64,000 bases of DNA from the human T2T-CHM13v2.0 reference genome, Homo sapiens, in assembly GCF_009914755.1 (NCBI RefSeq), contig NC_060928.1, one strand, 5' to 3'. The position numbers were made by a program, and so were the translations under genes. This document shows, piece after piece, positions 47,187 through 61,612 of this stretch (position 1 is its first letter; each line of letters starts with the position of its first letter). The notes under the pieces are model-generated. The model made no database searches. It saw only the letters and a list, made by a program, of their open reading frames with translations, and was not told the DNA's origin.

Positions 47187-49491
47187 CTATAGGAAAGCAA
47201 ACACATCACATAAATAAAGTAAATACATTGCATAATCAAATGTCAATACTCATTAGAAACTCTTGAAAGTCATCAGATGTTTCATTTAATATTTAGGATA
47301 TACCATCTGTGGAATTAAATCATTTTTCCAGAATATCTAGAGCATCTGGTTTCAGATGCTATTAAAAAGATAAAAGAAGTTGTTTATTTTCCAGGCTATG
47401 ACCTGGGTTAGTATTGAATTAGACACTATTACGACATCTAGCACAGAAGGTTCACTTTTGCAAAGCTTTATTATTACAGTTGCTGAAGGGAAAGTACAGA
47501 ATCATGGCCAGACTTGCTTGTAACACTCTGCCTTACAGGTCGAAATATGTTTGGCACACTAAAAAATTATGCTAAAAAAGAATACATATAATAGTGTTTG
47601 TTTTTGAAACTGTAATAAAACTTCATTAACTTGGATGTCACTATTTTAGACTCTCTTCTTCTATCAACTCTTTCCATTTTAAAGATATGAAATTGTGTAT
47701 GAAAATATAACTGTATACTTTTGAAAACTGTACTATATTTTTAAGTACTGACCTAGTTTTTTACATATTTGCGGTAACATAGAACGTCAGGCGTTTTCTT
47801 TATCTGTTTAAAATAATCACTGTGACATAAAGCAGCTGCTACGAACATGTTTTTTAGTTGTTGGTCCCTTTACTGGCTGGTGTTCAAACAGCTTTTAGGA
47901 AGTGATCCTTCAGTTGCATCTTACAAAATATTTAGAAAAGAGAGCCACAGGCAAACAACTTTAGTGACCTACATACGGAATAAAGAATTTAGACCAACTT
48001 AATTTTTAACTTCATAATAAATCACAAAAATTTTCTAAAATTGTATTTTAATTATTTTAAAATTAGATGACAATGTCTGTAAATTATCTTTCTGATTCAT
48101 TCTATATCCACTACAAGGCTAGAGATAACTTTTTAAAATAAAATCCTTCATTTTAAATAAAAACAAATTATAGGACTTAAAAATCATCATCCTGAAAACT
48201 TCAAGCCTTTGCCAAAATCAGACCAACAAAGAAATGAAGGAATTCTGCTATGTGAATAATTTTTATTGCAAATCATTCCTGATTCACACCTACTTTAATT
48301 CACAGCATAGACTTGTGCTGATTTATAATGGATGAAAATAACAACCTTTCCATTAGTTAAATCAAAACCTCTTTGTGACAAACCCAAGTGTGCTGTACCA
48401 TTCTTTTAATCTCTTCTATCAGCATTACCAATTCCTCATGGAATATTTTCCACATCTCCAATTTGCACATTTCTACAGAAATGCTTCACTATAACTGGTT
48501 TTTGAAATATTCAAAATTAATTCATCGTTCCTCTAAATCACATTCTCTTCCCATTTCTCTATATGGGAATAACGTCACTACATGCCAACTCAAGGCTTCA
48601 AAGTGTGAAATTAGATTTGGCTGTTCCTTTTCCTTCAATAACTGAGTCCCATTGTTTTCACTTTCAGAATGATTCTTTAACAATGTTTCGGCCCATCCCT
48701 ACTCTTAACCATCTGAAAGCTTGTCATCTTGTGCCTAGATAACTGTCATGGCTTCATCATTAGCTTTCTTAATCTATTTCTCTACCCATTCAATCCAGCT
48801 GGCTTTGTCCAGCCAAGCTTAACATGTATGTACTCTATAAAATGCTGGTTTTCCATGCCACCTTACTACAACTGCTCTCTTAAAGGTCACTGAACCATCC
48901 AGATTGCAAAGTACAGTGACTTGAAATAAAAATCCAGCTCTTATCCTAGATCTCTTCTATCTCTTTGCAACTTCAGGCACACCAGACCACTTTGGCTCTC
49001 TTAGCTGCCAGGACACTGAAGCATCATTTCCTCTCCCAGTTCTCTAACTGTTGCTTCTGTTTTTCATTTTCTCATCTTTATCCAACTTCTCTCCTCCCAC
49101 CCACGTCCATCACAGAAATCTCGTTCATTTGCTCAGTTTTAACCAGCACCTCTATATAGGCAACTCTTCAAATTCTTTCTCATCATGATTCCTTTTGAGC
49201 TCAAGACCAGCATTCCAATTAACTACAGCACACATCCACATAAAAGTTCTGCCAGCACCTTAGACTCAAAATTTTAGAGATTATGACAACATCTCTCCAA
49301 CTATACTGGTCTTTCCTACAAGAAACTTATAAAAAAACACGATAAGCTAAAATAACCTGGGCTTGAAATCTCACTGTCTCCATGGACTTGTCCACCTCAC
49401 TTAGCATCCACAACCAGTTAATTGTGAAAGCCCACGTGGCTCTTTTAGTTCCAGTAGCCAAATTTAGATCCTCAATTTCTCTCTTTTTCTA

Positions 49492-50385
<894 letters not shown>

Positions 50386-51624
50386 TTATCGTACTACCCT
50401 CATTTTCTCATAGTTGGACAACTACATTAATTTCTAATGTTCCCTTGCCTCTAATCTCTCCTCTCATTATACAGACTGCTGTCAGAATAAACTGTCTGAT
50501 GCTCAATACAGATCACAATGCTTCCTTCTCTGAGAACAGGAAATTTACTGAGTCCTCAGAGCCTAGCACAGAGCATGGCACCACAAACAGTGCTCATTAA
50601 CTGTTGACTGAGTGAATGAATGCATGGATGAATGAATGGAACAACTCCACCTTCACCTTTAATTGTCCTCATGGCCTACTGAATTAAGGTAAGTTCTTCA
50701 ATGGCCTGACATTCAAGACTTACCATGATACTCATTTAACAAACATGTATAAAAACCTAAGAAATCAAAGATACAATGCTGGACCCAGGGGAAAATAAAA
50801 AGATAGACTGCGTCTCAAAACAATGTCCCAGCTTTACTTCCCATTATTCCCAATACACATTCTCCCAACAATTTAAGTAGTTTACATTTCCAAAATATCT
50901 CCTGTCCAAAAGTCACAGACTAGTGGGCCTAAGCCAAGAATTTGGCTGGAAAAGTGTTTTGTTTGGCATAGTGTTTGAAAAAATATTTGAATTTGAATAT
51001 GTTTTGAGGGAAGGGGGAATATACTCTCTAATTATCCTGGTCCATGTCACTTCATCTACAATGTCTGCCTAGCCCCTAAAGAAATCTGAGTAAATTGTCA
51101 ATAAGTTTGTGAAACTATTTCTGCTCACTGTCCTAGTTGTCATGTCCAGGCTCATAATTTAATCAGCTCAAATGTCACTTCCTCTATGAAGCCTTCCCAA
51201 TCCTGTTTTCTTACGGCACTATGATTGTTCTATTCTTACTGCATTTATCATATTTGAGTTTATATGAAAACTATAGACATTTCTTATCAGGTCTATACAT
51301 TGTAAGTACCTTGAGAGTAGGTTTATTATCTTGCTAATTTTGTTATGCCTTACAGCACACAGACAAGTACCTTAGACATGTTAGGCATCTGGTAATGTCA
51401 AAGTGAATTAAAATTAAGTGAAGAAACTACATTTTTGTTCAGAAAAAAAAAAAAGCTGACTTGGATGGAGACTTCACATTTCAAGTACACTTTACATGCA
51501 GATATATTCCATAAACTTATTAATGATAAACTCTCAGTTATATGGCAAAGCTGAGGCCTTTTTTTTTCTGAGGGAACTCCAGGATGATTGTGTTAATACT
51601 TGCTCATGTATACACAGTGTACTG

Positions 51625-51850
51625 ATTAGAGAATAGGGCTTCTGTGATCACACAGATACGGTTTTCAGTCTGGCTCCGTTACTTTCTGGATGTATGGCCT
51701 GAAGCTGGCACTTACGCGGTCTCTAAGCCTAAGTTTCCTCAAGTAATGATGGTACGCACCACATGGGTTCACCGTGAGGACTAAATGATACAATACATAG
51801 AAAGAATTTAGCCTACAGCTTGGCACATGGTAAATGTTCAATAATGTTAA
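51625..51850 (+). mobile_element. MIR
   Basis: CTCTAAGCCTAAGTTTCCTC..GTGAGGACTAAATGA..TGGCACATGGTAAATGTTCAATA. Confidence 0.65.
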
Positions 51851-54139
51851 TTTTACCATCTAAAATCAACATTAAGATGAGCCAAGATGATAGGAAAATG
51901 TGATTTTGTAATTCCTCTTTCCAAGTGCATGGTGTAAAAAATACATGTACAAATTAAATAAGCTTTTTCATTGTCTGAATAGCTAAGCCAACTCATTATT
52001 ATACTTTATTTACATTTTAAATTATAATCAAATTTGAAGATGTTTACAGCATATTTATTATGAACTCTACTTGGAATAATAAAAGGAAGATTATGCTTAC
52101 AAAAAGTTCTTCAAAATGTACAATTTTTATTTGGTTCCTTGCCTGGCTGGGTGAGATTTCCCATCAATTAGACTTCTGGAATATTTCCAGATAACAGAGT
52201 TTGAAGATACTAAGACTTTTGTTCCCAGAAACAGATTTGACTCTCTGCCTAAGTTACTACTAAAAAAGCATATAATCAAGATCATGTCACTTTTTTGGCA
52301 GAGAACTAGAAACTGAGAGCAGGGTTAGATTTATACTATGGTTGCAAAGATCGGCAAATAAATTTTCCATCATTAGTTACAATGGCTTTCTTACATTGAA
52401 TTAAAACATTAAATGTTTGCATGTTGCCCAATGATTCTCCTTCAGTTAACAGCAGTTAGGAACAACTAAACTGTCCAAAAGTCACTGTATTTTAGGACAT
52501 GCTTCTTGCCTAAAATAAAGCATTTGTACCAAAAATATTCCTAAATTTCCCTAAGTATGTTCAGATGTTGCAACATCTTAAACTAATAAAGCATCACATT
52601 TTCTTTAACAACTAGTTCTACGTAGTATATTGCAAAATAATCATATAAAGTAGTAAAATAAATGCAATAAGTTATGTTAATGGAAAAAATTTTAAGAGCC
52701 AGTCAACTGAAAAAAATTCTAGTTAGGAAAAATGTTCATATCATCTACACTCAATACATGACTGCTCGCCTTGCAAACATCTATGAAAGAAATCTGTGGG
52801 TCAGAAGCTGTTTTCTGGGAATTGGGCATTAGTAGGCACTCATTTTTAGAAGAGAAAATAAGAAAATAAGTTAGAATGGCCCTGTTTCTTCAAGTCTACA
52901 CATGGTGCTTCAGATATGCGCTGAAATCTGAATGATACGCAAGAAGATGTGATTTTCAAATCAGTGAAGAATTTTAAAGCCTTGCAAGGTATCCATAATG
53001 ATGTCATTGTGACACTGGACAAGGGAAATGGCTAGTCCTGGGAATAGTAATACCCGCAAATTCATTGTTTTATTCATTCCACATACACTGATCAACTACC
53101 TATCCCATGGCAGATAGTGTGGTAAATGTCATAAAGATGACGAGGATATCAGAATCTAAGAAGACGGCAGACATATAAGAAGGTTTAAATTCCATGGGGA
53201 TAAATGCTAAAATAGAGATATAGACCAAATTCCGTGAAAAAACAGAAGCTATAGTAAATAATTACCATGATAAAGACAGAGAAAGTTGCAAATGCATATA
53301 CACAATTAAAATTTCAGCCAGGCATTACAGAATAGGGAGGGGTTTGCCAGTTGGGGTATGTAAGATGTGACAGGAGAATGGAAAGATACTCTGGTCAGAT
53401 GAACATCTGGTATAAAGGCATGGAGTTGTCAAAGGGGCTGAGTTCAGAGTATGTGGTGAAAAGTTTTGTATAACTGAAGAGACAGCTGAGGTGATAGTTT
53501 GGGGGGCAATGCTTAATGGCCTTACAAAGAAAGCTAAATTTTTTTTAATTTAATTTTTTAGAAAAGAAATAACCAATAGAGGTTTATGAGAGGCAGTGAG
53601 TGTGGGGGCGTGTCTCATGGTGACATTATAGAGCAGGAAAATCAAAGGCCAGGATCTCAGCCTGCTGAGATAGACAGTGTAAGGGGGATTCTGAGAGTCC
53701 AAACCATCGTGGTAGCAACAGGAGGGAAGGGAGGTACAGAAACACGTCAATAGTCCTACTAACCATTTTGGTTGAGCTTTTCTCTTGGAAGGGAAGTTTT
53801 TCTGAGACTCTTTACAAAATAAGGGAGGCAGAGGCACTGTACGGAACTACTGCATTAAGAACCAGGTATATTCTGTCTGGCAAGGACATAAAAAATTATT
53901 GTTTTCTATTTCTGACACCACATTTCAGTTTTTAAAAATAATTCCTCCAGTAGATGGTTTGGCAGTTGAATCATGTTAACAACCTAGGAGATGGGATCTG
54001 TGTCTTAGGCATTTCTACCACTCCATGGTACCACCAAAATGCTTTGTTTGTGAATCAAGAGTCAGTTCTTTACATATGAAAGTTATTCACTTGAATTTAA
54101 CATCAATGTATAAACACTTGAAGTTCTGGGAACACTTAC

Positions 54140-54255
54140 TCTGCAATAATCCAAAGTGGCAACATATTCATAAGATCCTAGAGATAACTCTGGTTTCTCA
54201 TAGTGGTCCAGTCTTCTTCCAATGTGGTCCAGATGTTGGAAATAGAATGGTGGAA
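54140..54255 (-). CDS. SEC24D: SEC24D exon 10: (V)[38 protein letters not shown]
   Basis: TTTTTATTAG/GTAAGT boundaries; 116 nt; phase 1-0. Confidence 0.98.
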
Positions 54256-57200
54256 CTAATAAAAACAAAATAGGAAAGAAAATATTTTGTTTTCATAAAC
54301 ACAGACAATTTAGTAAGTTCTCAAAATTTATTATGAGAGGAAAGGAGTTAGTATCTGGAAAAATGTATTTTAAAGCTGGAATGTAGTATACCGTAAATAC
54401 CTACTATTTTAAAAACATGTCTTGGAAAAGAGGAGGGTTCTTATTCTATAAGTTATTGATGACAAAGAACATTTATGATTTAGACCATCCTAGAGAAACA
54501 GGGTATAAAAGTATTGGTGTTTTTAAGTTGTCACAACCCAAATTCAATTGTCCCCATTTTATTACCTCTTTTAAAAAGAATTCTGACTTTTCTAACTATT
54601 TGAATTTTTAATATACCTAACAGAAATAAACATTCGTTATTTGAACTATACTATGAACTACAATATTTATTATGCTTTAATTAAGAGATGTCTTCACCCA
54701 TGTGGAGTTTGCATGGTAATCTTTTAATGTTTGTGCTTAAGAGTGGAGAGGATTACTGTATTAGGGAAAGACTACACCACTAAGATCTCAGCTAAGGAAC
54801 TTTAATTTGATTCAAATGTCTAAGAAGGTTAGTTCTGGCAAAGATCTGGAAGTCATCCAATAGCACAGGAACACTTATGAGTCACATACTGAGCACTTGG
54901 ACAAATATGGCCTGGTATCTCTGTAAAAACGAACTCCTGTTGCCTTGAGATTAATAGGGCTGGCTACTAAACCACTGCCAATAAAAGTATTTAGAAAAAC
55001 TACCAATGCTCTGGTTTTAAACTTTTTGTAAAGAACAACATTGCCATTTGTAAAAACCATACAAATAATGCTTCTTGTTTTTAAGCCAACAATTTGGCAT
55101 TATTTATTGTTAGCTGTGAAACTGACATAAGAATAACAAGACTGTTTTCTGAGGTTGTTCTTTTTTTAAAAAAAAAACCCACTGAGGCTTGATTGTTCTA
55201 CGTTGTTACTGTATCATGGCCATTTCTTTTAAAGTAAATTTTATAAGGTTCTTATGCACATATGGATCTCTGAATTTGGAAGATTCAACTTCTTGAAAAG
55301 ATTACATAAGTAGCAACTGACAGGCTCAGCTGAGGTAAGTAAACTTTGAGGGTCTTAAATTGCTATTTTGTTACATTTAGATGAGATGGAGGATGCTGCC
55401 TCGGCTATCTTAGAATGCATAGTACAGTAGTTTCCACATAGTATAACATACAATTCATTCACATCTACACACAGAAATGTAATATGTGAAATGTTTTCCC
55501 TTTAAATTTTATTTTATATTCATTAGCATTTAATATTGTCTATCATCTTTTGTAAGCCAACATTCAACTCATACCATAAATCATGTACTACCCTTTGGCC
55601 CCTGTCTTCCTGCATGTCTCTGACCACACATACTCCCCACTGGACAATCTCTGGACACTTTGCAAGGAAATAAGAGTGGAATCACTAAAGCAAGCCTGCT
55701 GGGTTCTTTCTAACTCCAACAAACCTCTGTCTTTGTTAAACCTAAAAGAAGACAGGTGTCAGCATACATCTATGGGAGTCTGGCTTCCTTGTAGGGACAC
55801 ATATTTAAGCCTAGTGTGAATAATTCTATTGGAAAATAAACATGGCAGCTTCCTAGGAATGGATACCTGAGGGAACATAATCTGCTGTGTTGAGACACAA
55901 GAATTCTGAGTCGTTTTTCTCTTCCTGGAAGTGGCTGGGCCTTTTAAGGCCCTGAGCCGACACTTTGGGTAGGAGGCCAAAGAGTCACAGCAAACTGAAG
56001 ATCCTTGCTGCTCTTCATGGTGGGTATGATTTTGGTCACCTTTCTAAGAAAGCTGGGGGCTTGGGTGAAGACATCTGAGGAGCTGGTGGGCTCGCTGGAG
56101 GACTTTGTCCAAATGCTTTGGGAGAAGCCTCTGTCCCTTCTCAGGATTTTTTCCTCTAAAACTAAAGCACAGAGAAATGAATTGTCACAGGGTTCCTGAA
56201 ATCCAGGTCCCAAGACTGAATGATAGCCATGAATTTGGTTGCAGATTTCATTCAGGTTGAGAGAGGAAACAAGATCTTCCTTAGAAAGAGAAGTGAGGGT
56301 AGAGAACTAACAATCTGGTCTCAATGGGATATCCAATTTGCCCTGAGTGGAAACCATAGTTAATGTAAGGAGAGAGACGTACCAAGAGGCTTAGGCCATA
56401 GGCTGGGATGAGTCTAGAAGCCAATGATTCAACTCCACAGCAAGGTGCGTTTAAGAACTGACCAAAGGTCTGCATGAGAAGCACTCGCAAGGCCAGTCTC
56501 TGGCGCCCTAAGTTGGGTAAAGCCATGGACTGTGTGTGTGCGAGATAAGGTGGCAGGGAAATAAGAAGGCAAGCAACGCTCTCCCACCAGAGAATGCTCA
56601 CAGAGCCAAGATGCCATGAATGTAATGATGTAGGAGGAATACTGTCCCCAGCTCAGTCAGCATTAGGGAGTAGTCAGCACCCGTGGGTAGAACCATGTGT
56701 TCACAGGCAGACAGTGCTATATGTTCTTCAGATCTAATTACCTGCAGGGAAGCCTGTCTACAAAGATAAGAAACAGAGAAGAAAACTCATACTCTAGTAA
56801 TCATCACATGGTTCAAAAAATGTCAATGAATATGGGAATGTTCTCAGCCTCAGTATGTACCTCATTTAACAACAAATAATTAAAAATATATAGACATGTT
56901 ATAAATGTAATAAATGTGAAAACACTTTCAGCAACTTAGCAGTTTTCTTCAAAATCAGTAAATTCGTACTGGAATAAAACAAAATATAATGAATACGGGA
57001 AAGCCCTTTTTAATAATGTTCCTTCCTCCTTAAACAATCCAACATTTACATCGGAGTGAAAAAAAAAATCTATATAAGTGTTAAAGCCCTTGGTTATACC
57101 TAAGCTTTTCCTAAGTATCAATGAGCTGATTTTCAAGAATAACCTTGAGAAGTGACAAAAGAGGAAAAGTCTCCCAAGTTTATCATCTGTAATCATAAGA

Positions 57201-57496
57201 GGTAAAAATCTTATTTTGTTTCCCACTGAGGCTTTGTGGAAGGGGATTAAGAAATAAAATTTTTCCCCCTACATTTGAGTTTTTTAAGAAACATTTCAAC
57301 TTCCATGTGGGGCTCATGTAGTTACCTAAGGTTAAAAGGGGCTTAAATTTCCCAAATAGAGCCTGTCATAGTTGGTTTCCTTCTAGAAAATTATAAAGAA
57401 GGTACTGCTATATAGCAGAAAAAAGAATGTATGCTTCTCCTAAACTAAGAAGTATAATACATTTTAGTTAATAAAGAATTTCACAAAGAGCTTTTA

Positions 57497-57649
<153 letters not shown>

Positions 57650-57677
57650 CTATGGAGAAGCAAGAAAAATTAAATGA

Positions 57678-58046
<369 letters not shown>

Positions 58047-58546
58047 TAAGGAACTCAACTCTTAGCTTTTGCCCCAGGACAGTAAAGATGTCTTTATTGA
58101 TAACACATGAATTCAAAGCCATAAGATGTTGTCCAGAATACCCAAACAAAAGTTAATTTATCTCACTTATAAGGATATATCAATATATGTATATTTATGT
58201 CTATCTGCATATGCATATTTGCCAATATGTGTGTGGAGAGAGAACATATAGTGATGGTAATAATACCTACTTATACTTACGTTAAAAACATTCTAGACAA
58301 CTTGTGTCACCTATTTTGCTAAGTTTCTTCATAGATTATAAATAAAGAGAGTTGGGCCTGATTTAAAAAGTTCTAGTTTGCATAGCAGTATGCTGTCTAT
58401 GTAGTTCCCCCAAAGCACATAAACTATTTCTTCAAAAATGCAGCTATTTGAAGAAATATGCAATAATGTTCATTTATTTAGGCAAGGCGGTCGATTCTAC
58501 CTTTTCTGTTAGTTTACCAGAAAAAAACGTTTCACAGAATACTCAC

Positions 58547-58573
58547 AGTGTAGCTGGCCATGCTTTGCCAGAA
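58547..58573 (-). other. Candidate 27-nt in-frame microexon (FWQSMASYT) in SEC24D intron 8
   Basis: atttattttttcag|TTCTGGCAAAGCATGGCCAGCTACACT|gtgagt; phase 0; no stop. Confidence 0.35.
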
Positions 58574-61500
58574 CTGAAAAAATAAATCATTCAATTGCTT
58601 CTTCCTCATAAACATACATAGAAAGCATGATACATCTTTTACAGTTTAAAAGTAAAAAAGTTCAGCATTAAGTCTGCCTTCCCAACTCTTCTGGCTTTCG
58701 GGAGAAAACCACAGAGATACTTGTTTTTGTAAATCTCCTTAAAGATAACATTTAAAGAAAAGCTTGAGAATTGCAGGCTTTGGCATGTCAATTAAATTTT
58801 TCTTTACTGAAAAAGATACAAATAAAGCAGACTGCTTTTGAACGGAGGCCTGAAGAGCAGGAGGTCAGTGGGGTAGGGGCATCAGGCCGTTTTCTGCTTC
58901 AGTCTTAGAAAACCGAGATCCCCCATTGTCCCTGCCCAGATGTTCAAAGTGAAAGCTGAGGTTTCAGAAATCATTTGGGAGGTCTCAGAGCAGAAAAAAA
59001 CAGGTTTATTAACACAATACTCAAAAGAATCGGGAAAGGATTTAAATTTTTTCTTTAATCATTCCCCTCTATTTCTGCAATGCCCTCTTCCCCGCATCTT
59101 GCCTCAAGAAAGCCAGAAGACAGATTGGATTTTCTTGTTTATGGTCGCTTCTGATCCACAGCATGGGCCTGGCTCTGGTGCCCCACTGGTAGGGGTTGTG
59201 ACAAGGATTAGGTGAGTAATACATGTGCAGTGTACAGCATTGTGCCTGGCAAAAAGTAGTTGGAAAATTTTTATCCAGAACAGCCTTTCCTCTCTCAAAA
59301 CCACTCAGCTCAGGACAAAGTCATCTTTGACAGGAGGGCAAGTATGAGATGGGCTTCAGGTCCTGAAGGCTACCTGGTCAGTTATTGTAAAAACATTATT
59401 GTAAAAATGATCTAGAAGACAGAGAATAAACTTTCAGGGGATTCTGATACACTCTAATGGTTAAAAGTTGAGAAGCAGAATGGATTTTTAAAACACTCCA
59501 GGAACTTTATTTAAATACATACTCACACATACAAATTCATATATCTGATGTATACACCACTCTTTCAGACAAACTTTTTGTTAGAAAGGCATATAGTGAC
59601 AAATGTTTGTTCTCTTCAGCTGGTAATAGGAAGAAATTACTTGAGGAGGCAAGAGAGAAGCAAAAGCATGCAGGTACAAAAAAAAGAGATTCTTAGAACA
59701 ATAAATGGAAAGCTAGAAGAGTAAGAAGCGGAAGACAACAAATATGTGCTGTTCAGGTAGCTTCCTCTGGATTAAAAGTACAATTACCAATCATGACTCC
59801 AGTTACTGCTCTGTTCCACAACTCCAACCTCTGAGATCAGGAGATGCTTTCAGAAGTTAAAATTGGGAGAAATTCTGCAGTTTCCATTCACTCAGCCAAG
59901 TTTACTTTTCTCATCCTTTTATTTTCAAAAAGTCCAAAGGCTGTAACAAATCCCCTGATTTTAGAAACCAAATAAGATCCAATTATATGCTAGACAAGCC
60001 AAAAGTAATGGAAGCAAATTTGACCTTATTATCACTGATATGATTTGCTCAAAACCAGACCCAGCCTAAAATTACTGTGAAATTGTCGGCAATGAACACC
60101 TATGCATTCCAGTCCTGACAGATTCAAACTTGCAGGACTGAAAATCAATGTCTAACAGGAAACTGGAGTCAAGTCATGACTGTGTCTAGGCTATTAAATA
60201 CACTTACAGTTTTTTCAATTTTCACTTTTTTAGAAACCAGATGATGGATAGGTAAGTAAGGTCTTCAGAAAACTGAGGTGACAGTAAAGAATGTTAAAAG
60301 CTTTTTAACTGTTTACATTTTATTTTCAGGCAACAGGGCAAGGGCTTCTAAATTACACTGGCTTGTTTCATCTCTCTCAGGCCATGTTGAAAAGCATCAA
60401 AGATTTCCCTTTGCACTCTCCAGATGTCAGCTTATCTGCACCACAGTGTGCATGAGCTCATAAATAGCTAACCTTACTTTTCTTTTGAGTTCGATCTTGG
60501 TGTGCATGGCTTTAAAAAAAAATCAAGTTACTTTTCAAAAAATTGCCTAAGTTATCTTTTTTCCTTACCAAGGGAATTATATTTACCTCAGAAATATTTT
60601 CAGATTTTAAAAATTTTGTTTACAAATATACTTTAATATTTAGCTCTTAGTATATCCCTGTCTGCCCTTTCTTTTCTGTTCTTAAGTGGAAAAGTGAAAG
60701 GATAGAAAGACTGGCTATAAAAACCTCACCTGGCTATTGTTTGGTTCTGGCCCTGTGTGGCCTGAGTTTACACAACATGAAAGTGATAGGGAGGCTGAGG
60801 AAAAATGTGAATCTTTTCCTTGTATTTTTGGATTAACGGGTGTGCCAAATACTGTGCTGATACTAATTTTAATAAAAGTGCTTTAATTGAATAAAATGTA
60901 TCTCTTGTGTATGTATATAAACACTGGTTGATTTTGGACCACAAGTGAGAATATCATTCTACGAAATGAGACTTAGTACTAAAATGATATCCAACAATTA
61001 AGAAACAAAATAAAACAACTTTTGATTATTTTTCCATGTAAAAGAAGCAGACATCAAGATGTATCCACCAATGCCTTCTTAATACCACTAGTAAAATTTT
61101 AAAAGTCTTCTTATTTGAATACATTATCAGTTTTCCGAGTATTGCTGCCATTCTCTTGGGTAACTTTAACATTTGTACCACAGGTACCTTTGAGGGACCT
61201 ACAGTGTAGCGGGGTAGAAAGACAGTAAATAAAAAAGTACACACAAATGCCATGAAAAAAACAGGGTATGAGGAGAAACAATACTTGGCAGAACATCATA
61301 AACAAGAGCTCTTTTTAAAGCTCTTTTCAATTTAGAAAGGCGATGTTAAATTATTCACAGATTGTATTTCCAAAACAAACACAGATGCTCAAAGAAAATA
61401 CAGTGTAGAAAGACCCATCATGAAAAATCTGTATCAAGTTTGTAGGCTGTGTGTATTTTTGTTTTGGCATCTATATTATTAAGAAAAATCTGAATACCCA

Positions 61501-61593
61501 AGCCTGGCTACAGTATTTCTGTTTTAGGAAAGTAATGAATTGCAATGAGGAATTAAAGAAAGCAGCTAAATACCAAAGTGTTTTTATCACATA

Positions 61594-61612
61594 GATCCAA
61601 TAGGTGGCACTA
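61594..61612 (+). promoter_or_regulatory. Candidate CTCF site GATCCAATAGGTGGCACTA
   Basis: Matches the CTCF core except at one position (CCAATAG vs CCASYAG). Confidence 0.4.

Noticed and set aside
56281-56601. 106-aa minus-strand ORF in intron 9
   Set aside because: Non-ATG start, no recognisable domain, and length within chance expectation.
61111-61240. Acceptor-like site at 61199-61200 with short ORFs as a cryptic or terminal exon
   Set aside because: No convincing donor, no nearby canonical AATAAA and no recognisable homology.
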